DNA of 64,000 nt from an uncultured virus (IMG/VR IMGVR_UViG_3300020727_000009) (IMGVR_UViG_3300020727_000009:1-64000), one strand, 5' to 3'; numbered from the stretch's first letter, positions 1-9,186 are shown. Translations and numbers: made by a program. Notes: a model not told the origin generated them from the sequence alone.

Positions 1-351
1 AAACTCCTTCACACGGCCCTTTAAAGCCCCGTAAAGGTTAATCTGGAAGACCCCATAGGAGTTATCTCCTGTGCGAGGGTTGTAATTGTGTGCCATAGGG
101 TTTCCATGAGTTTCTTTCATGGCTACAGCCCAGGCCACCTTAAGTGAATGACCTTTAAACCCCGCAAGCTGCAATACCTGGTAAAGCTGCTTTGGGTTTA
201 ATTTTTTGGCTAGTCTGTACTCGCCTAGTGGGGTTAGGCATTTTCCTATAATGGGGGCTGCTGCCTTTGCTGGAGCAGCTATTAGGTTCCCAAATGATAG
301 GAGGGCTACGAGCCCAAGGATTAGATAATTCCTTTTGTCATATAAATTCAC
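1..351 (-). CDS. Secreted lysozyme-like / lytic transglycosylase, truncated by the window edge; not in ORF track
   Basis: Manual translation from GTG 351 after a GGAGA RBS: MNLYDKRNYLILGLVALLSFGNLIAAPAKA...AGFKGHSLKVAWAVAMKETHGNP...SYGVFQIN. Signal peptide-like N-terminus, catalytic E(T) and GxFQI motifs. Confidence 0.85.
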   Translation of the reverse strand, partial: MNLYDKRNYLILGLVALLSFGNLIAAPAKAAAPIIGKCLTPLGEYRLAKKLNPKQLYQVLQLAGFKGHSLKVAWAVAMKETHGNPMAHNYNPRTGDNSYGVFQINLYGALKGRVKEF

Positions 352-480
352 ACTATCTCCTAGGCTAGAGAGCCAACCCGAATCTTTACGTAACTGTCAC
401 TTAGGTAAAGATAGCCCGGCATCGGTCTGCCAAGCTAGTTGTAACTCTTTTGTTTCGTTTTTAGTGTTGGAGGTTTAGCT

Positions 481-518
481 CCTGGTCATAGTATAGCCGT
501 AAATACAGGGGTGTGCAA
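481..518 (-). promoter_or_regulatory. SigA-like promoter, class A
   Basis: Minus strand TTGCAC-N17-TATACT-ATGACCAGG; same layout at 42834 and 51434. Confidence 0.7.
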
Positions 519-578
519 ACCGCTAACCTAGTGTAAGATATACCAATATTCTTTAAAAATACCCGAAAGGACCATAAA

Positions 579-866
579 ATGGCACAATGCCTAAATTGCA
601 CAGCAGAAGCAGGCTTCCGAGTTGAGTACCCAGGTGCTGTTCACCAAGTGTTCTGCAACATGCACCTACCATATGATCTTAATGAAATTCTTCCTGACTT
701 CGTTGTACGTTTGACAACTGAGATCGAGACAGTGGCCGAAGAGGCAGTGGCCTCAGCAAAGAAGGCTGCACCTAAAAAGGCAACAACATCCGAAGCTCCA
801 GTAGCTGAGGCAGTGGCCGATGAGGCAGTGGCTGAAGCAGTGGCTGAAACACCAGCGGCTGAATAA
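579..866 (+). CDS. Hypothetical protein with CxxC...CxxH and an Ala/Glu-rich tail
   Basis: ORF with AAGGA RBS. Confidence 0.7.
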   Translation: MAQCLNCTAEAGFRVEYPGAVHQVFCNMHLPYDLNEILPDFVVRLTTEIETVAEEAVASAKKAAPKKATTSEAPVAEAVADEAVAEAVAETPAAE

Positions 867-1141
867 TGTCCATTGAGAGGGTAGAAACAAAACAAGGTCA
901 TCCTGTACCTAAATCTTCACACGGTGCTAGGGGGCCATTTCCTCCTGAAATCTTTTTTAGGCCTGAGGTAATTAATAACTACGCCAGGCCTGGAGATGAA
1001 ATTTTAGAGGGTGCAACCGCACAAAACAATTTCCGCCCTCCTAAGGTGTTCAAGTGTCGGGACTGTTCTATGTTAGTATTAGAGCACGAAATTCCAGACC
1101 ACGAATGTCAAGAGGGAGAGGGCAGTGGCCAAGACGCATGA
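866..1141 (+). CDS. Hypothetical protein with C-terminal zinc finger (CxxC...HxC)
   Basis: Coupled to the upstream gene (TAATG). Confidence 0.7.
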   Translation: MSIERVETKQGHPVPKSSHGARGPFPPEIFFRPEVINNYARPGDEILEGATAQNNFRPPKVFKCRDCSMLVLEHEIPDHECQEGEGSGQDA

Positions 1142-1415
1142 TGTTGGAAGTAAATACTTCTGGCACTTTATGGTATATCCGTTAAAACCTAAAGTTGTAG
1201 TAGAGAAGTCAACTACTCAAGAAATCGAACACCCTTTTAGGTTTGGCAGTGGCCTAGTCTTTAGACTTCCACTTACCCGCCTTTCTATTGTCATAGGTAA
1301 ATGGGTTGCACAATATGAGGAAAGCCAGGCGTTAACAAACGCAATTGCTGGGAGACCAGTGGCCCAAGGCGAATTTGATTGGGATACAGTACGAGGGGAA
1401 GAATATGATGTTTAA
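1125..1415 (+). CDS. Hypothetical protein
   Basis: GGGAGAGG RBS, GTG start, fits the operon. Confidence 0.65.
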   Translation: MAKTHDVGSKYFWHFMVYPLKPKVVVEKSTTQEIEHPFRFGSGLVFRLPLTRLSIVIGKWVAQYEESQALTNAIAGRPVAQGEFDWDTVRGEEYDV

Positions 1416-1635
1416 GAAAAAAGAAGAGCGTCCTAAGACTCGCATAGAAAAAAGAGTAGCAAAGTTATCTACGCCTGAGTTGCTGGCTTGGTCTGACCAA
1501 GTTATCTACTCTATTGGTCGTAATCTATCTACTTGGCAGAAAACAGAAGATCAGTTCAACTTAGAAGAGGCTAAAGTAGCCGCAGAGTCTATCCACGCTA
1601 TTTTAGATGTTTTGTCAGAGAGATTCCCTAAGTGA
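1405..1635 (+). CDS. Hypothetical protein upstream of terL
   Basis: Likely start ATG 1405/1408 after GAGGGG; stop overlaps the terL start. Confidence 0.6.
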   Translation: MMFKKKEERPKTRIEKRVAKLSTPELLAWSDQVIYSIGRNLSTWQKTEDQFNLEEAKVAAESIHAILDVLSERFPK

Positions 1636-3203
1636 GTGAATTTGATGAAGTAGATCTGCCGGAGGACGAATATTACAGTCCTCTGCCAGAAGATGAGGAA
1701 GTGGACACGCTTGATGAGCTGTCTAAAGAATTTGTCAAGGTTCTTATCGAAAAGATCATGCAATTTATGGAAATGCTTGTAGGATATAACCTGCACCCTT
1801 ATCAAGAGCCTCTGGCACGCAGAGTTATTGAATCAGTTCTCATCAACGATGGTGAAGAGATCACTGCACTGGCTTCACGTCAGTCAGGAAAGTCAGAAAC
1901 CATCGCCAACACAGTGGCCACACTTATGGTTATTCTCCCTCGTTTAGCCAGAATGTACCCCGAGCTGCTTGGAAAGTTTGGCGATGGTCTCTGGGTAGGT
2001 ATGTTTGCCCCTACTCAAAACCAGGTTGAAACACTTTATTCTCGTACAGTGTCCCGACTTACCTCTGAAAGAGCTATGGAAGTCTTTGGTGATCCGGAAA
2101 TTGATGATATGCCTACCAAGACACCGGGCGTAGTAAGAAACCTAAAATTAAAGAAGTCAGGCAGTACATTGATGATGATGACTGCTAACCCAAGAGCTAA
2201 GATCGAATCTAAGTCATTCCACCTCATTATCGTAGATGAGTGTCAAGAAGCAGATGACTTTGTAGTATCTAAGTCAATTGCGCCTATGGGTGCGTACTAC
2301 AACGCAACTATGGTTAAGACAGGTACCCCCACAACATCTAAGAACGGCTTCTACCGGTCTATCCAGCTTAACAAGCGCCGTCAGACTCAAGGCCGTAATG
2401 CTAAGCAGAACCATTTTCAGTGGGACTGGAAAGATGTATCTAAGATCCAACCTAACTATGATAAGTACATTCGAAAAGAGATGTTACGTATCGGTGAAGA
2501 CTCTGATGAATTTCAGATGGCTTACAACTGTAAGTGGCTCCTTGAGCGTGGTATGTTCGTCACATCTAGCATCATGGATGATCTTGGAGATACCTCACAA
2601 GAAATTGTAAAATCTTGGCACCGTTCACCTGTTGTGGTTGGAATTGACCCAGCTCGTAAAATGGACAGCACAGTGGTCACAGTGGTCTGGGTAGACTGGG
2701 ATCGTCCTGATGAGTATGGTTACTATGATCATAGGGTGCTTAACTGGTTGGAACTGCAGGGAGATGACTGGGAAGAACAGTACTTCCAGATTCAGCAGTT
2801 CTTAGGAAACTATGACGTGCTTGCTATCGGAGTAGATGCCAACGGTGTAGGTGATGCAGTGGCCGGACGCCTAAAGATTTTAATGCCTCGTGCTGAAGTA
2901 GTGCCGGTTACCTCCAGCCCTACAGAGCAATCTAAGCGATGGAAGCACCTACAGGCGCTAATCCAGCGTCAGATGGTTTCGTGGCCCTCACATGCAAAAA
3001 CCAGACGACTTCGCATTTGGAAGAAGTTCTACCAGCAAATGACAGATGCCGAGGTTCAGTACAAGGGACCTAACTTCTTAGTGGCTGCACCTGATGAAGT
3101 GCATGCTCACGACGATTTTGTGGACTCTTTGGCCCTTGCATGCTCTCTAACACAGGACATGGTTATGCCTACAGTGGAAGTAAGCTCCAGTCCTTTCTTT
3201 TAA
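1632..3203 (+). CDS. terL: Terminase large subunit
   Basis: Walker A ASRQSGKS, Walker B IIVDE, TGTP coupling motif, nuclease motifs GIDPA and HDDFVDS. Confidence 0.95.
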   Translation: MSEFDEVDLPEDEYYSPLPEDEEVDTLDELSKEFVKVLIEKIMQFMEMLVGYNLHPYQEPLARRVIESVLINDGEEITALASRQSGKSETIANTVATLMVILPRLARMYPELLGKFGDGLWVGMFAPTQNQVETLYSRTVSRLTSERAMEVFGDPEIDDMPTKTPGVVRNLKLKKSGSTLMMMTANPRAKIESKSFHLIIVDECQEADDFVVSKSIAPMGAYYNATMVKTGTPTTSKNGFYRSIQLNKRRQTQGRNAKQNHFQWDWKDVSKIQPNYDKYIRKEMLRIGEDSDEFQMAYNCKWLLERGMFVTSSIMDDLGDTSQEIVKSWHRSPVVVGIDPARKMDSTVVTVVWVDWDRPDEYGYYDHRVLNWLELQGDDWEEQYFQIQQFLGNYDVLAIGVDANGVGDAVAGRLKILMPRAEVVPVTSSPTEQSKRWKHLQALIQRQMVSWPSHAKTRRLRIWKKFYQQMTDAEVQYKGPNFLVAAPDEVHAHDDFVDSLALACSLTQDMVMPTVEVSSSPFF

Positions 3204-3209
3204 TTTACC

Positions 3210-3238
3210 ATGACAAAACCCCCTCTACCAGACAGAAT
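3210..3238 (+). promoter_or_regulatory. Putative structural-gene promoter, class B
   Basis: ATGACA-N17-CAGAAT; same spacing at 5525, 8035 and 19842. Confidence 0.5.
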
Positions 3239-3283
3239 TAACCCTGAGGAACCTCAATCCCTTATCCTATAGGAGATATAACA

Positions 3284-3691
3284 ATGGCAACACCAAATAT
3301 CGCACCAGCACCTCAGTACCCTGAGCGCCCTGGCAACTCATACGAGCGCAAGATGTCACCAGCAACACCAGGCCTACGTGGTCCACTTCGTTTTGAAGAA
3401 GGTCTTGCATCAGACACTGACGTCCCAAATGATTTCCAGGTTGGTTTGGATCAAGGCTACGAAACACCAGACGGCCGTCCAAACCACAACCAGAACGTTT
3501 TTGAGAAGTATGCTGATGAGACCATGCGTGAGCGTGCTCACGTCGGTTCAGCAGCTTGGGTAGAAGCACCAACATTCCTTGGTGAGTTTGCACAAGGTAA
3601 CTTCGGAGATCACTCAACAGTGGTCATCGAAGAGGCCATCCGCAGTGGCTCACGCCAGGAGCGCATGAACCCTGCTTCAGTAAACGACTAA
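3284..3691 (+). CDS. Hypothetical protein between terL and portal
   Basis: Strong AGGAGA RBS; codon usage like the capsid gene. Confidence 0.8.
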   Translation: MATPNIAPAPQYPERPGNSYERKMSPATPGLRGPLRFEEGLASDTDVPNDFQVGLDQGYETPDGRPNHNQNVFEKYADETMRERAHVGSAAWVEAPTFLGEFAQGNFGDHSTVVIEEAIRSGSRQERMNPASVND

Positions 3692-3711
3692 AAGTAAGAT
3701 ACAATATACAG

Positions 3712-3749
3712 GTCCCCAGCCCCGTTCCCTTTCTCCGGGGCTGGTGGAC
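3712..3749 (+). promoter_or_regulatory. GC-rich hairpin with a pyrimidine (anti-SD-like) loop before the portal gene
   Basis: GTCCCCAGCCCCG-ttccctttctc-CGGGGCTGGtGGAC. Confidence 0.6.
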
Positions 3750-3799
3750 TTAACTTTCGAGAAGGTATTGTGGGGCACACTAATGTTAGGACTTAATCA

Positions 3800-5518
3800 A
3801 TGAGTGGTGGTGTTGACTTTTCACCTCCGTCCTATAGGGCGGCGTCGTCAGACTTAACCATTTCGATTTCTCCTCTTGGTCTTGTAGAACTTGCTGATGA
3901 AGAGTTTGAAGTACACGGTCCACGTCTAAACCGTTACTCTCTTAACTGGGCAATGTATCTCGGACATCACTGGTCATATCGCCGTGAAATTGGTGAGTCG
4001 CAGATGGTATACAACTATTACCGTGCGTTCACAGACTACATAGTTAACTTTTGTTTTAGCCGTGGCGTTTCATTCCGAAGCCCTCAAGCAACAGAGGCGA
4101 TCATTCCTGACGTCTTAAAGCGTGTGTGGGAAATTGATAATGATAAGCACGGAACACTTTGGGAGATGGGCCAGCAAGGCGGCGTATCAGGAGATTGCTT
4201 TGTTAAAGTAGCTTATGAAGAAGGCTTTGAAGATTCTATTGGCCGTCCTCATCCAGGTAAGGTTCGCATCCTTCCACTTAACTCATCTTTTTGCTTCCCA
4301 GAGTTCCACCCACACGATCGCTCACGTTTGATTCGCTTCAAGCTTAAGTATCGTTTCTGGGGTACATCTATTGAGGGAACTCGTCAGGTCTACACATATA
4401 CTGAAATTCTGACTGACGACCGTATTGAGGAGTACATTAATGATGAACTCATTGACTCTCGCCCTAATCCTATCGGGGTTGTGCCTATTATTCACATCCC
4501 CAATGTCCGTGTCTCGGGTTCTCCTTGGGGGCTCTCTGATTGCCATGACCTTATTGTTCTAAACCGCAACTATAACGAAGTAGCCACAGATATTGCTGAT
4601 ATCGTGAACTACCACGCAGCCCCAGTAACAGTTATTATCGGAGCTAAGGCTTCAGCGCTTGAAAAGGGCCCTAAGAAGGTTTGGGGCGGTCTTCCAAAAG
4701 ATGCTCGTGTAGAGAACCTAGAAGGCGGCGGAGCAGGCCTACAAGGCGCTCTTGAGTACCTTAAGGTGGTAAAGACAGCCATGCATGAGATGGTCGGTGT
4801 CCCAGAGACAGCTCTTGGACAGGTACAGCCTATCTCTAACACTTCCGGTGTTGCTTTGGCTATCCAGTACCAGCCTTTGATGAACCGCTACCACCAGAAG
4901 ATTGTTCAATACTCTGAGGGTCTTCGTAGGATCAATGAGCTAGTTCTTCTTACCCTGGCATTTAAAGAGCCAGAAGTCTTTGCTTACAACCCTGATGTTA
5001 ACGGCCCTATTAAGAATGGCCAACTACCTCTATTGGATATCTCAGACTCTCTAACATACGAGTCTGTAGTCCACTTCCCACCTCCACTTCCTCTAGATAA
5101 GCTGATTACACTTCAGGAAATCCAGACCAAGATGGCTATGAACCTTGAATCTCGTGAAGGCGCCCTACGCCAGCTTGGCGAAGAATTCCCTGACGAGAAG
5201 CTCGAAGAGATCAGAGCAGAGCTTATTAATGATGCTAAGGCCGATGGCGCCCTAGCTCTTGTAAAGCAGCAGATCGCTTCAGCAATTACCTCACTAACTG
5301 GTATGATGCCGGATGGAAGCCTTCCTCCTGGCGCTGCACCTGCAGACGGTATGGGACCTGGTCCTCTAGGACAACCCGGAGTCATCACCCCATTTGAGGA
5401 ACAAACCTTAGCTCAGATGCAAAGTGACCTTGTTACTAAAGCATATGGAACTAGATTACCTGGAAGACAAACTCCTGGACAAAAGGATAGCCCCAGTTCA
5501 GAAGAGGAATCTAAGTAA
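3800..5518 (+). CDS. Portal protein (SPP1 gp6-like)
   Basis: Position after terL; NPIGVVPIIHIPN, GLSD and SGVALAIQYQPL motifs; 572 aa. Confidence 0.9.
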   Translation: MSGGVDFSPPSYRAASSDLTISISPLGLVELADEEFEVHGPRLNRYSLNWAMYLGHHWSYRREIGESQMVYNYYRAFTDYIVNFCFSRGVSFRSPQATEAIIPDVLKRVWEIDNDKHGTLWEMGQQGGVSGDCFVKVAYEEGFEDSIGRPHPGKVRILPLNSSFCFPEFHPHDRSRLIRFKLKYRFWGTSIEGTRQVYTYTEILTDDRIEEYINDELIDSRPNPIGVVPIIHIPNVRVSGSPWGLSDCHDLIVLNRNYNEVATDIADIVNYHAAPVTVIIGAKASALEKGPKKVWGGLPKDARVENLEGGGAGLQGALEYLKVVKTAMHEMVGVPETALGQVQPISNTSGVALAIQYQPLMNRYHQKIVQYSEGLRRINELVLLTLAFKEPEVFAYNPDVNGPIKNGQLPLLDISDSLTYESVVHFPPPLPLDKLITLQEIQTKMAMNLESREGALRQLGEEFPDEKLEEIRAELINDAKADGALALVKQQIASAITSLTGMMPDGSLPPGAAPADGMGPGPLGQPGVITPFEEQTLAQMQSDLVTKAYGTRLPGRQTPGQKDSPSSEEESK

Positions 5519-5524
5519 TTTAGG

Positions 5525-5553
5525 CTGACAAACTAGTAATAGTTTGCGAGGCT
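5525..5553 (+). promoter_or_regulatory. Putative promoter, class B
   Basis: CTGACA-N17-GAGGCT upstream of the scaffold and capsid genes. Confidence 0.45.
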
Positions 5554-5629
5554 ATATACCACCTAAACAAACCCGCAGGTCATCGTGGCACTACATCGGA
5601 CAACGACCTCTTAACCTAAAGGAATAAGC

Positions 5630-6406
5630 ATGTCAGAAAACTCAACAGCAGTAGAACGTGCAGTAGCTCAAGAAGCTTTTGCTTCAGAAGTTAACGGCAC
5701 AGCACCAGTTGCACAGCAAGAACCAGTTTCAGAAAGTAAGTTTTCTGAAGCTAAGGGCTACACGGAACAAGACTTGCACCGTGTACGTGAGCAGGAAAAG
5801 TCAAAACTATATCCACAGATTGATTCTCTTAAGGAAGAGCTAAATCTTCTTAAGAAGGATCGTGAAGAACGCCTAGCTGAGGCTCGTTCAGCAGCAGAAG
5901 CCGCCGCAGAGGCAGAGCGTAAGAAGCTTGAATCTGAGATGGACGTCCGTAGCCTTCTTGAACAGAAGGAAAAGGAATGGGCTGCTAAAATTGAATCTGA
6001 GCGCCTAGAGCGTGAACGTGCTTTTGCTTTGCTAGAGCGTGAACGTGAGTATGCTGAATTAACACAGTATCTCAATCGCCGCATTAGCGAAGAGCAGGAC
6101 AACATCGCCCCAGAACTTATTGATATGATTTCTGGCAACAATGTTGATGAAATCGAAAAGAGTATTTCCAAGCTGAAGGATAAGACCTCAAAGCTCTTGG
6201 AGTCGGCGCAACAGGCTATTCAGGCCCAGCGCCGTGATATGACCGGTACAAGGACAACCTTGCCACCAACCCTCGAAAACAATTCGGACTCACAATCGTT
6301 TACACCGGAGCAGATTGCTTCAATGTCGGTAGCTGATTACGCAAAAAATAGATCACGTCTGCTAGGTAAAACAGCCGATGATCGTAACAAGGGAATCTTC
6401 GGGTAA
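5630..6406 (+). CDS. Capsid scaffolding protein
   Basis: Charged coiled coil between portal and major capsid protein. Confidence 0.85.
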   Translation: MSENSTAVERAVAQEAFASEVNGTAPVAQQEPVSESKFSEAKGYTEQDLHRVREQEKSKLYPQIDSLKEELNLLKKDREERLAEARSAAEAAAEAERKKLESEMDVRSLLEQKEKEWAAKIESERLERERAFALLEREREYAELTQYLNRRISEEQDNIAPELIDMISGNNVDEIEKSISKLKDKTSKLLESAQQAIQAQRRDMTGTRTTLPPTLENNSDSQSFTPEQIASMSVADYAKNRSRLLGKTADDRNKGIFG

Positions 6407-6458
6407 TACCTACCCATTTTTACTAACCTAACATATATGAACAAGGAGTAACACCAAA

Positions 6459-7535
6459 ATGGCATCAGCCGTAACAGGTACCGGTAATCTCGCCGCTGCC
6501 CCAACAGCGTATTCTGGCGCTAACAGCCAGCTTACACAAGCAATTCAGACCATCTGGTCTAAGGAAATTCTATTCCAGTCAATGCCTATCTTGCGCTTCG
6601 AGCAGTTCGCAGTCAAGAAGACAGAACTCGGCGTAGCTCCTGGTCTCCAGATCAACTTCATGCGTTACAACAACCTCGGATTCGCTTCAACACTTACTGA
6701 AGGTGTCCGTATGTCAACAAACGCATTGACAGCACAGCAGTTCTCAATCACTGTTGCTGAGCAAGGTTACGCAATCGCAGTATCCGAGCTTCTACTCAAC
6801 GCATCATTCGATGACGTTATGGCATCAGCTTCACGTCTTCTTGGACGTAACATGGCTCTCTACCTTGATGGCCAGGCTCGTGACACACTCATGGCAGCAT
6901 CTTCTGTCATCTACGGTGAAGATCGTTCAAACCTCTCTGCTGTCAACAACTGGTATGCATATGGCACAGAAGCTACTTCACGTGCAACAATGACCGGTGC
7001 TTCATACCTCTCAACACGTACCGTTAAGGACGCTGTCGAGACCTTGGCTACCAAGAACATCCCAAGGTTGGGCGAGACTTACGTCGCATTCGTTCACCCT
7101 CACCAGAGCCGTCGTCTTCGTGACCTCCCAGAGTTCATTGAAGTAACAAAGTACGCTGCTCCAGGTAACTTCATGCTCGGTGAAATCGGTCGTCTCTACG
7201 ACACAGTCTTCATTGAGACAACACAGATCTCAAAGGTCACAAACGGTGCAGGCTCAGGCTACACCACAGATACAGCAGTGGCTACAGGATCAATTGCCTA
7301 TCCAACTGGCGGAGGTTACACAACTCCAGTAACAGCTACAGGTAACGGTTCAAACGATCGCTACTCAGCTATCTTCATTGGAGACAACGCATTCGGTCAC
7401 GCTATCTCACTTCCAGTTGAGCTTCGTGACGGCGGTATTCTTGACTTCGGTCGTGAGCACGCTCTTGCATGGTACGCTATCTACGGCCTCGGTCTTATCA
7501 CCGATCAGTCTGTAGTTATTGCAGAAACCAACTAA
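6459..7535 (+). CDS. Major capsid protein (N4-gp56-like, HK97 fold)
   Basis: LTEG, YVAFVHPHQ, GEIGRLYDTVFIET and AWYAIYG motifs; highly biased codons; AAGGAG RBS. Confidence 0.95.
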   Translation: MASAVTGTGNLAAAPTAYSGANSQLTQAIQTIWSKEILFQSMPILRFEQFAVKKTELGVAPGLQINFMRYNNLGFASTLTEGVRMSTNALTAQQFSITVAEQGYAIAVSELLLNASFDDVMASASRLLGRNMALYLDGQARDTLMAASSVIYGEDRSNLSAVNNWYAYGTEATSRATMTGASYLSTRTVKDAVETLATKNIPRLGETYVAFVHPHQSRRLRDLPEFIEVTKYAAPGNFMLGEIGRLYDTVFIETTQISKVTNGAGSGYTTDTAVATGSIAYPTGGGYTTPVTATGNGSNDRYSAIFIGDNAFGHAISLPVELRDGGILDFGREHALAWYAIYGLGLITDQSVVIAETN

Positions 7536-7545
7536 TTTAATACCG

Positions 7546-7571
7546 GGGGGAGGGCCTTGAAACCCTCCCCC
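7546..7571 (+). terminator. Stem-loop after the capsid gene (no U tract)
   Basis: GGGGGAGGG-ccttgaaa-CCCTCCCCC. Confidence 0.55.
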
Positions 7572-7603
7572 ACCCCAACTAATCTAACAGGAGAATAAAT
7601 ATC

Positions 7604-7972
7604 GTGGCAAAAGCAAAAGTTACAGACGTTACAGGGCGTCAGCGTGAGGCTCTACTAGCAGCTAACGCAGAGGTATTAGCAGAACGTGCTAATGAAATCT
7701 CAATGGCAACACAAACAAAGGCTCACAAAGATGAGACTGAAGTTGTTGACCTTACTCAGAACCCAGAAAACCCAACAGTAATTGACGAGATCGAAAGCGT
7801 GGGCGTAAGCCTTGCAGACGACCAGGTTGTCATTCGAGTAGCAGAGAACCTAGACATGGTTACTATTGGCGCTGGAAACAATTATTCATTCCAAACAGGT
7901 AAAAAGTACAAAGTTCCAAAGCATGTAGCGACTCACTTACAAGAAAAAGGTTATTTGTACGACCGCCTCTAA
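7604..7972 (+). CDS. Hypothetical head-associated protein
   Basis: AGGAGA RBS; follows the capsid gene. Confidence 0.75.
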   Translation: MAKAKVTDVTGRQREALLAANAEVLAERANEISMATQTKAHKDETEVVDLTQNPENPTVIDEIESVGVSLADDQVVIRVAENLDMVTIGAGNNYSFQTGKKYKVPKHVATHLQEKGYLYDRL

Positions 7973-7988
7973 GTCGCACCCCGTGGCC

Positions 7989-8031
7989 GCCCTCATAGAC
8001 ACCCGCCCTCCTGTCTATGGGGGCCTTTTTT
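7989..8031 (+). terminator. Intrinsic terminator with CCTCC-containing loop
   Basis: 13-bp stem GCCCTCATAGACA/TGTCTATGGGGGC followed by T6. Confidence 0.8.
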
Positions 8032-8034
8032 AAC

Positions 8035-8063
8035 CTGACTAATCTCAAGATTTGTTAGATGAT
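8035..8063 (+). promoter_or_regulatory. Putative promoter, class B
   Basis: CTGACT-N17-GATGAT immediately after the terminator. Confidence 0.45.
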
Positions 8064-8088
8064 TAGCACACTATCTGATGGAGGATTT

Positions 8089-9186
8089 GTGGCAACATTA
8101 CAAGCACTCTCTGACCGACTTCGGGCAGAACTTGGCGACACAGCACGAACCTTTGTGGATACCTACACTGGTGACGGTGTTACTGTGCGCTATCAACTTT
8201 CACAAGCGCCTATTCAAGGTTCTACCCTTGTTGTTAAAGTTGGCTCAACCGACGTATCCTCAACCGCCATCGTTGAAGAAGGAACCGGTGTATTAACCCT
8301 TCCTACAGCCCCAGCAAACAACGCAATCGTCACTGTTGCTGGACAGGCGTATCGTTACTTTACTGACTCTGAAGTTGCCTACTATGTCAACACAGCTTTT
8401 GCCCAGCATACTCGTGGAGAGACAACTAGCTTGGGCAGCTCAATAACCCAGCTTGCTTTCCTACCTGCTGTAGAAGAATATCCAGTGGTTATTTTAGCCA
8501 CTACCTTGGCCCTCTATACTTTAGCCAATGACTCCGCTTTTGATATCAATATCATGTCTCCAGATGGCGTCAGTATCCCACGTTCTGAACGTTACAGCCA
8601 GCTTATGAGCATGATGACTACTCGTCAGCAACAATACCGTGAGATATGCTCAATGCTAGGTATTGGACTTTACCGTATTGAGGTATCAAGTCTTCGACGT
8701 ATCAGCCGTCTTACAAACCGCTACATCCCTATCTACAAGCCACAAGAAATTGATGACTGGTCTCTCCCACAAAGAGTTATGCTTCCAGTACCTACCTACG
8801 GGGATCAGACTCCTCCAGAGCCTATCCTGGTACAGGATCTCGAAATGTACTCCGGAGACGATTTTGTACAAGACTTTGGGTTCAACTTTGATCTTACTAA
8901 CTACACGGCTAAATCTGAAATTGTTCTTTACCAAAACAGCGAATTCTCTCAGGTTGGGCCGGTTGTTCTTGGCTCCTTTACAGTAGGTAAGGTAAATGCC
9001 CAAGGCCAGTCCTACCCTAGTATTTTGACCCTAAGTCTTCCAGGAAGCGTTACAGAGACCCTTCCAAAGACTGCTTACTATGATTTACGCCTAACCGATC
9101 AAACAGGTAAAGTAAAGACCTACTTTGGAGGGAAGGTATATACCTTCCCATCAGTGACTAACTCTTCAGGATACGGTGTTGTATGA
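8089..9186 (+). CDS. Head-tail adaptor-like virion protein with extra beta domains
   Basis: GTG 8089 after GGAGG; LRAELGD and FTDSEV adaptor-like motifs; position in operon. Confidence 0.65.
   Translation: MATLQALSDRLRAELGDTARTFVDTYTGDGVTVRYQLSQAPIQGSTLVVKVGSTDVSSTAIVEEGTGVLTLPTAPANNAIVTVAGQAYRYFTDSEVAYYVNTAFAQHTRGETTSLGSSITQLAFLPAVEEYPVVILATTLALYTLANDSAFDINIMSPDGVSIPRSERYSQLMSMMTTRQQQYREICSMLGIGLYRIEVSSLRRISRLTNRYIPIYKPQEIDDWSLPQRVMLPVPTYGDQTPPEPILVQDLEMYSGDDFVQDFGFNFDLTNYTAKSEIVLYQNSEFSQVGPVVLGSFTVGKVNAQGQSYPSILTLSLPGSVTETLPKTAYYDLRLTDQTGKVKTYFGGKVYTFPSVTNSSGYGVV

Noticed and set aside
364..435. c-di-AMP (ydaO) riboswitch call
   Set aside because: Context fits, but the conserved GCUGAA / GGGGUGAA / CAGCUAAC pattern was not found by eye; kept only as an unnamed candidate RNA
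3770..3796. Short in-frame uORF or readthrough before the portal gene
   Set aside because: Only 8 codons and nothing supports translation or TAA readthrough
5577..5609. Possible structured leader before the scaffold gene (AGGTC...GACCT)
   Set aside because: Only 5 contiguous base pairs; not supportable without homologs
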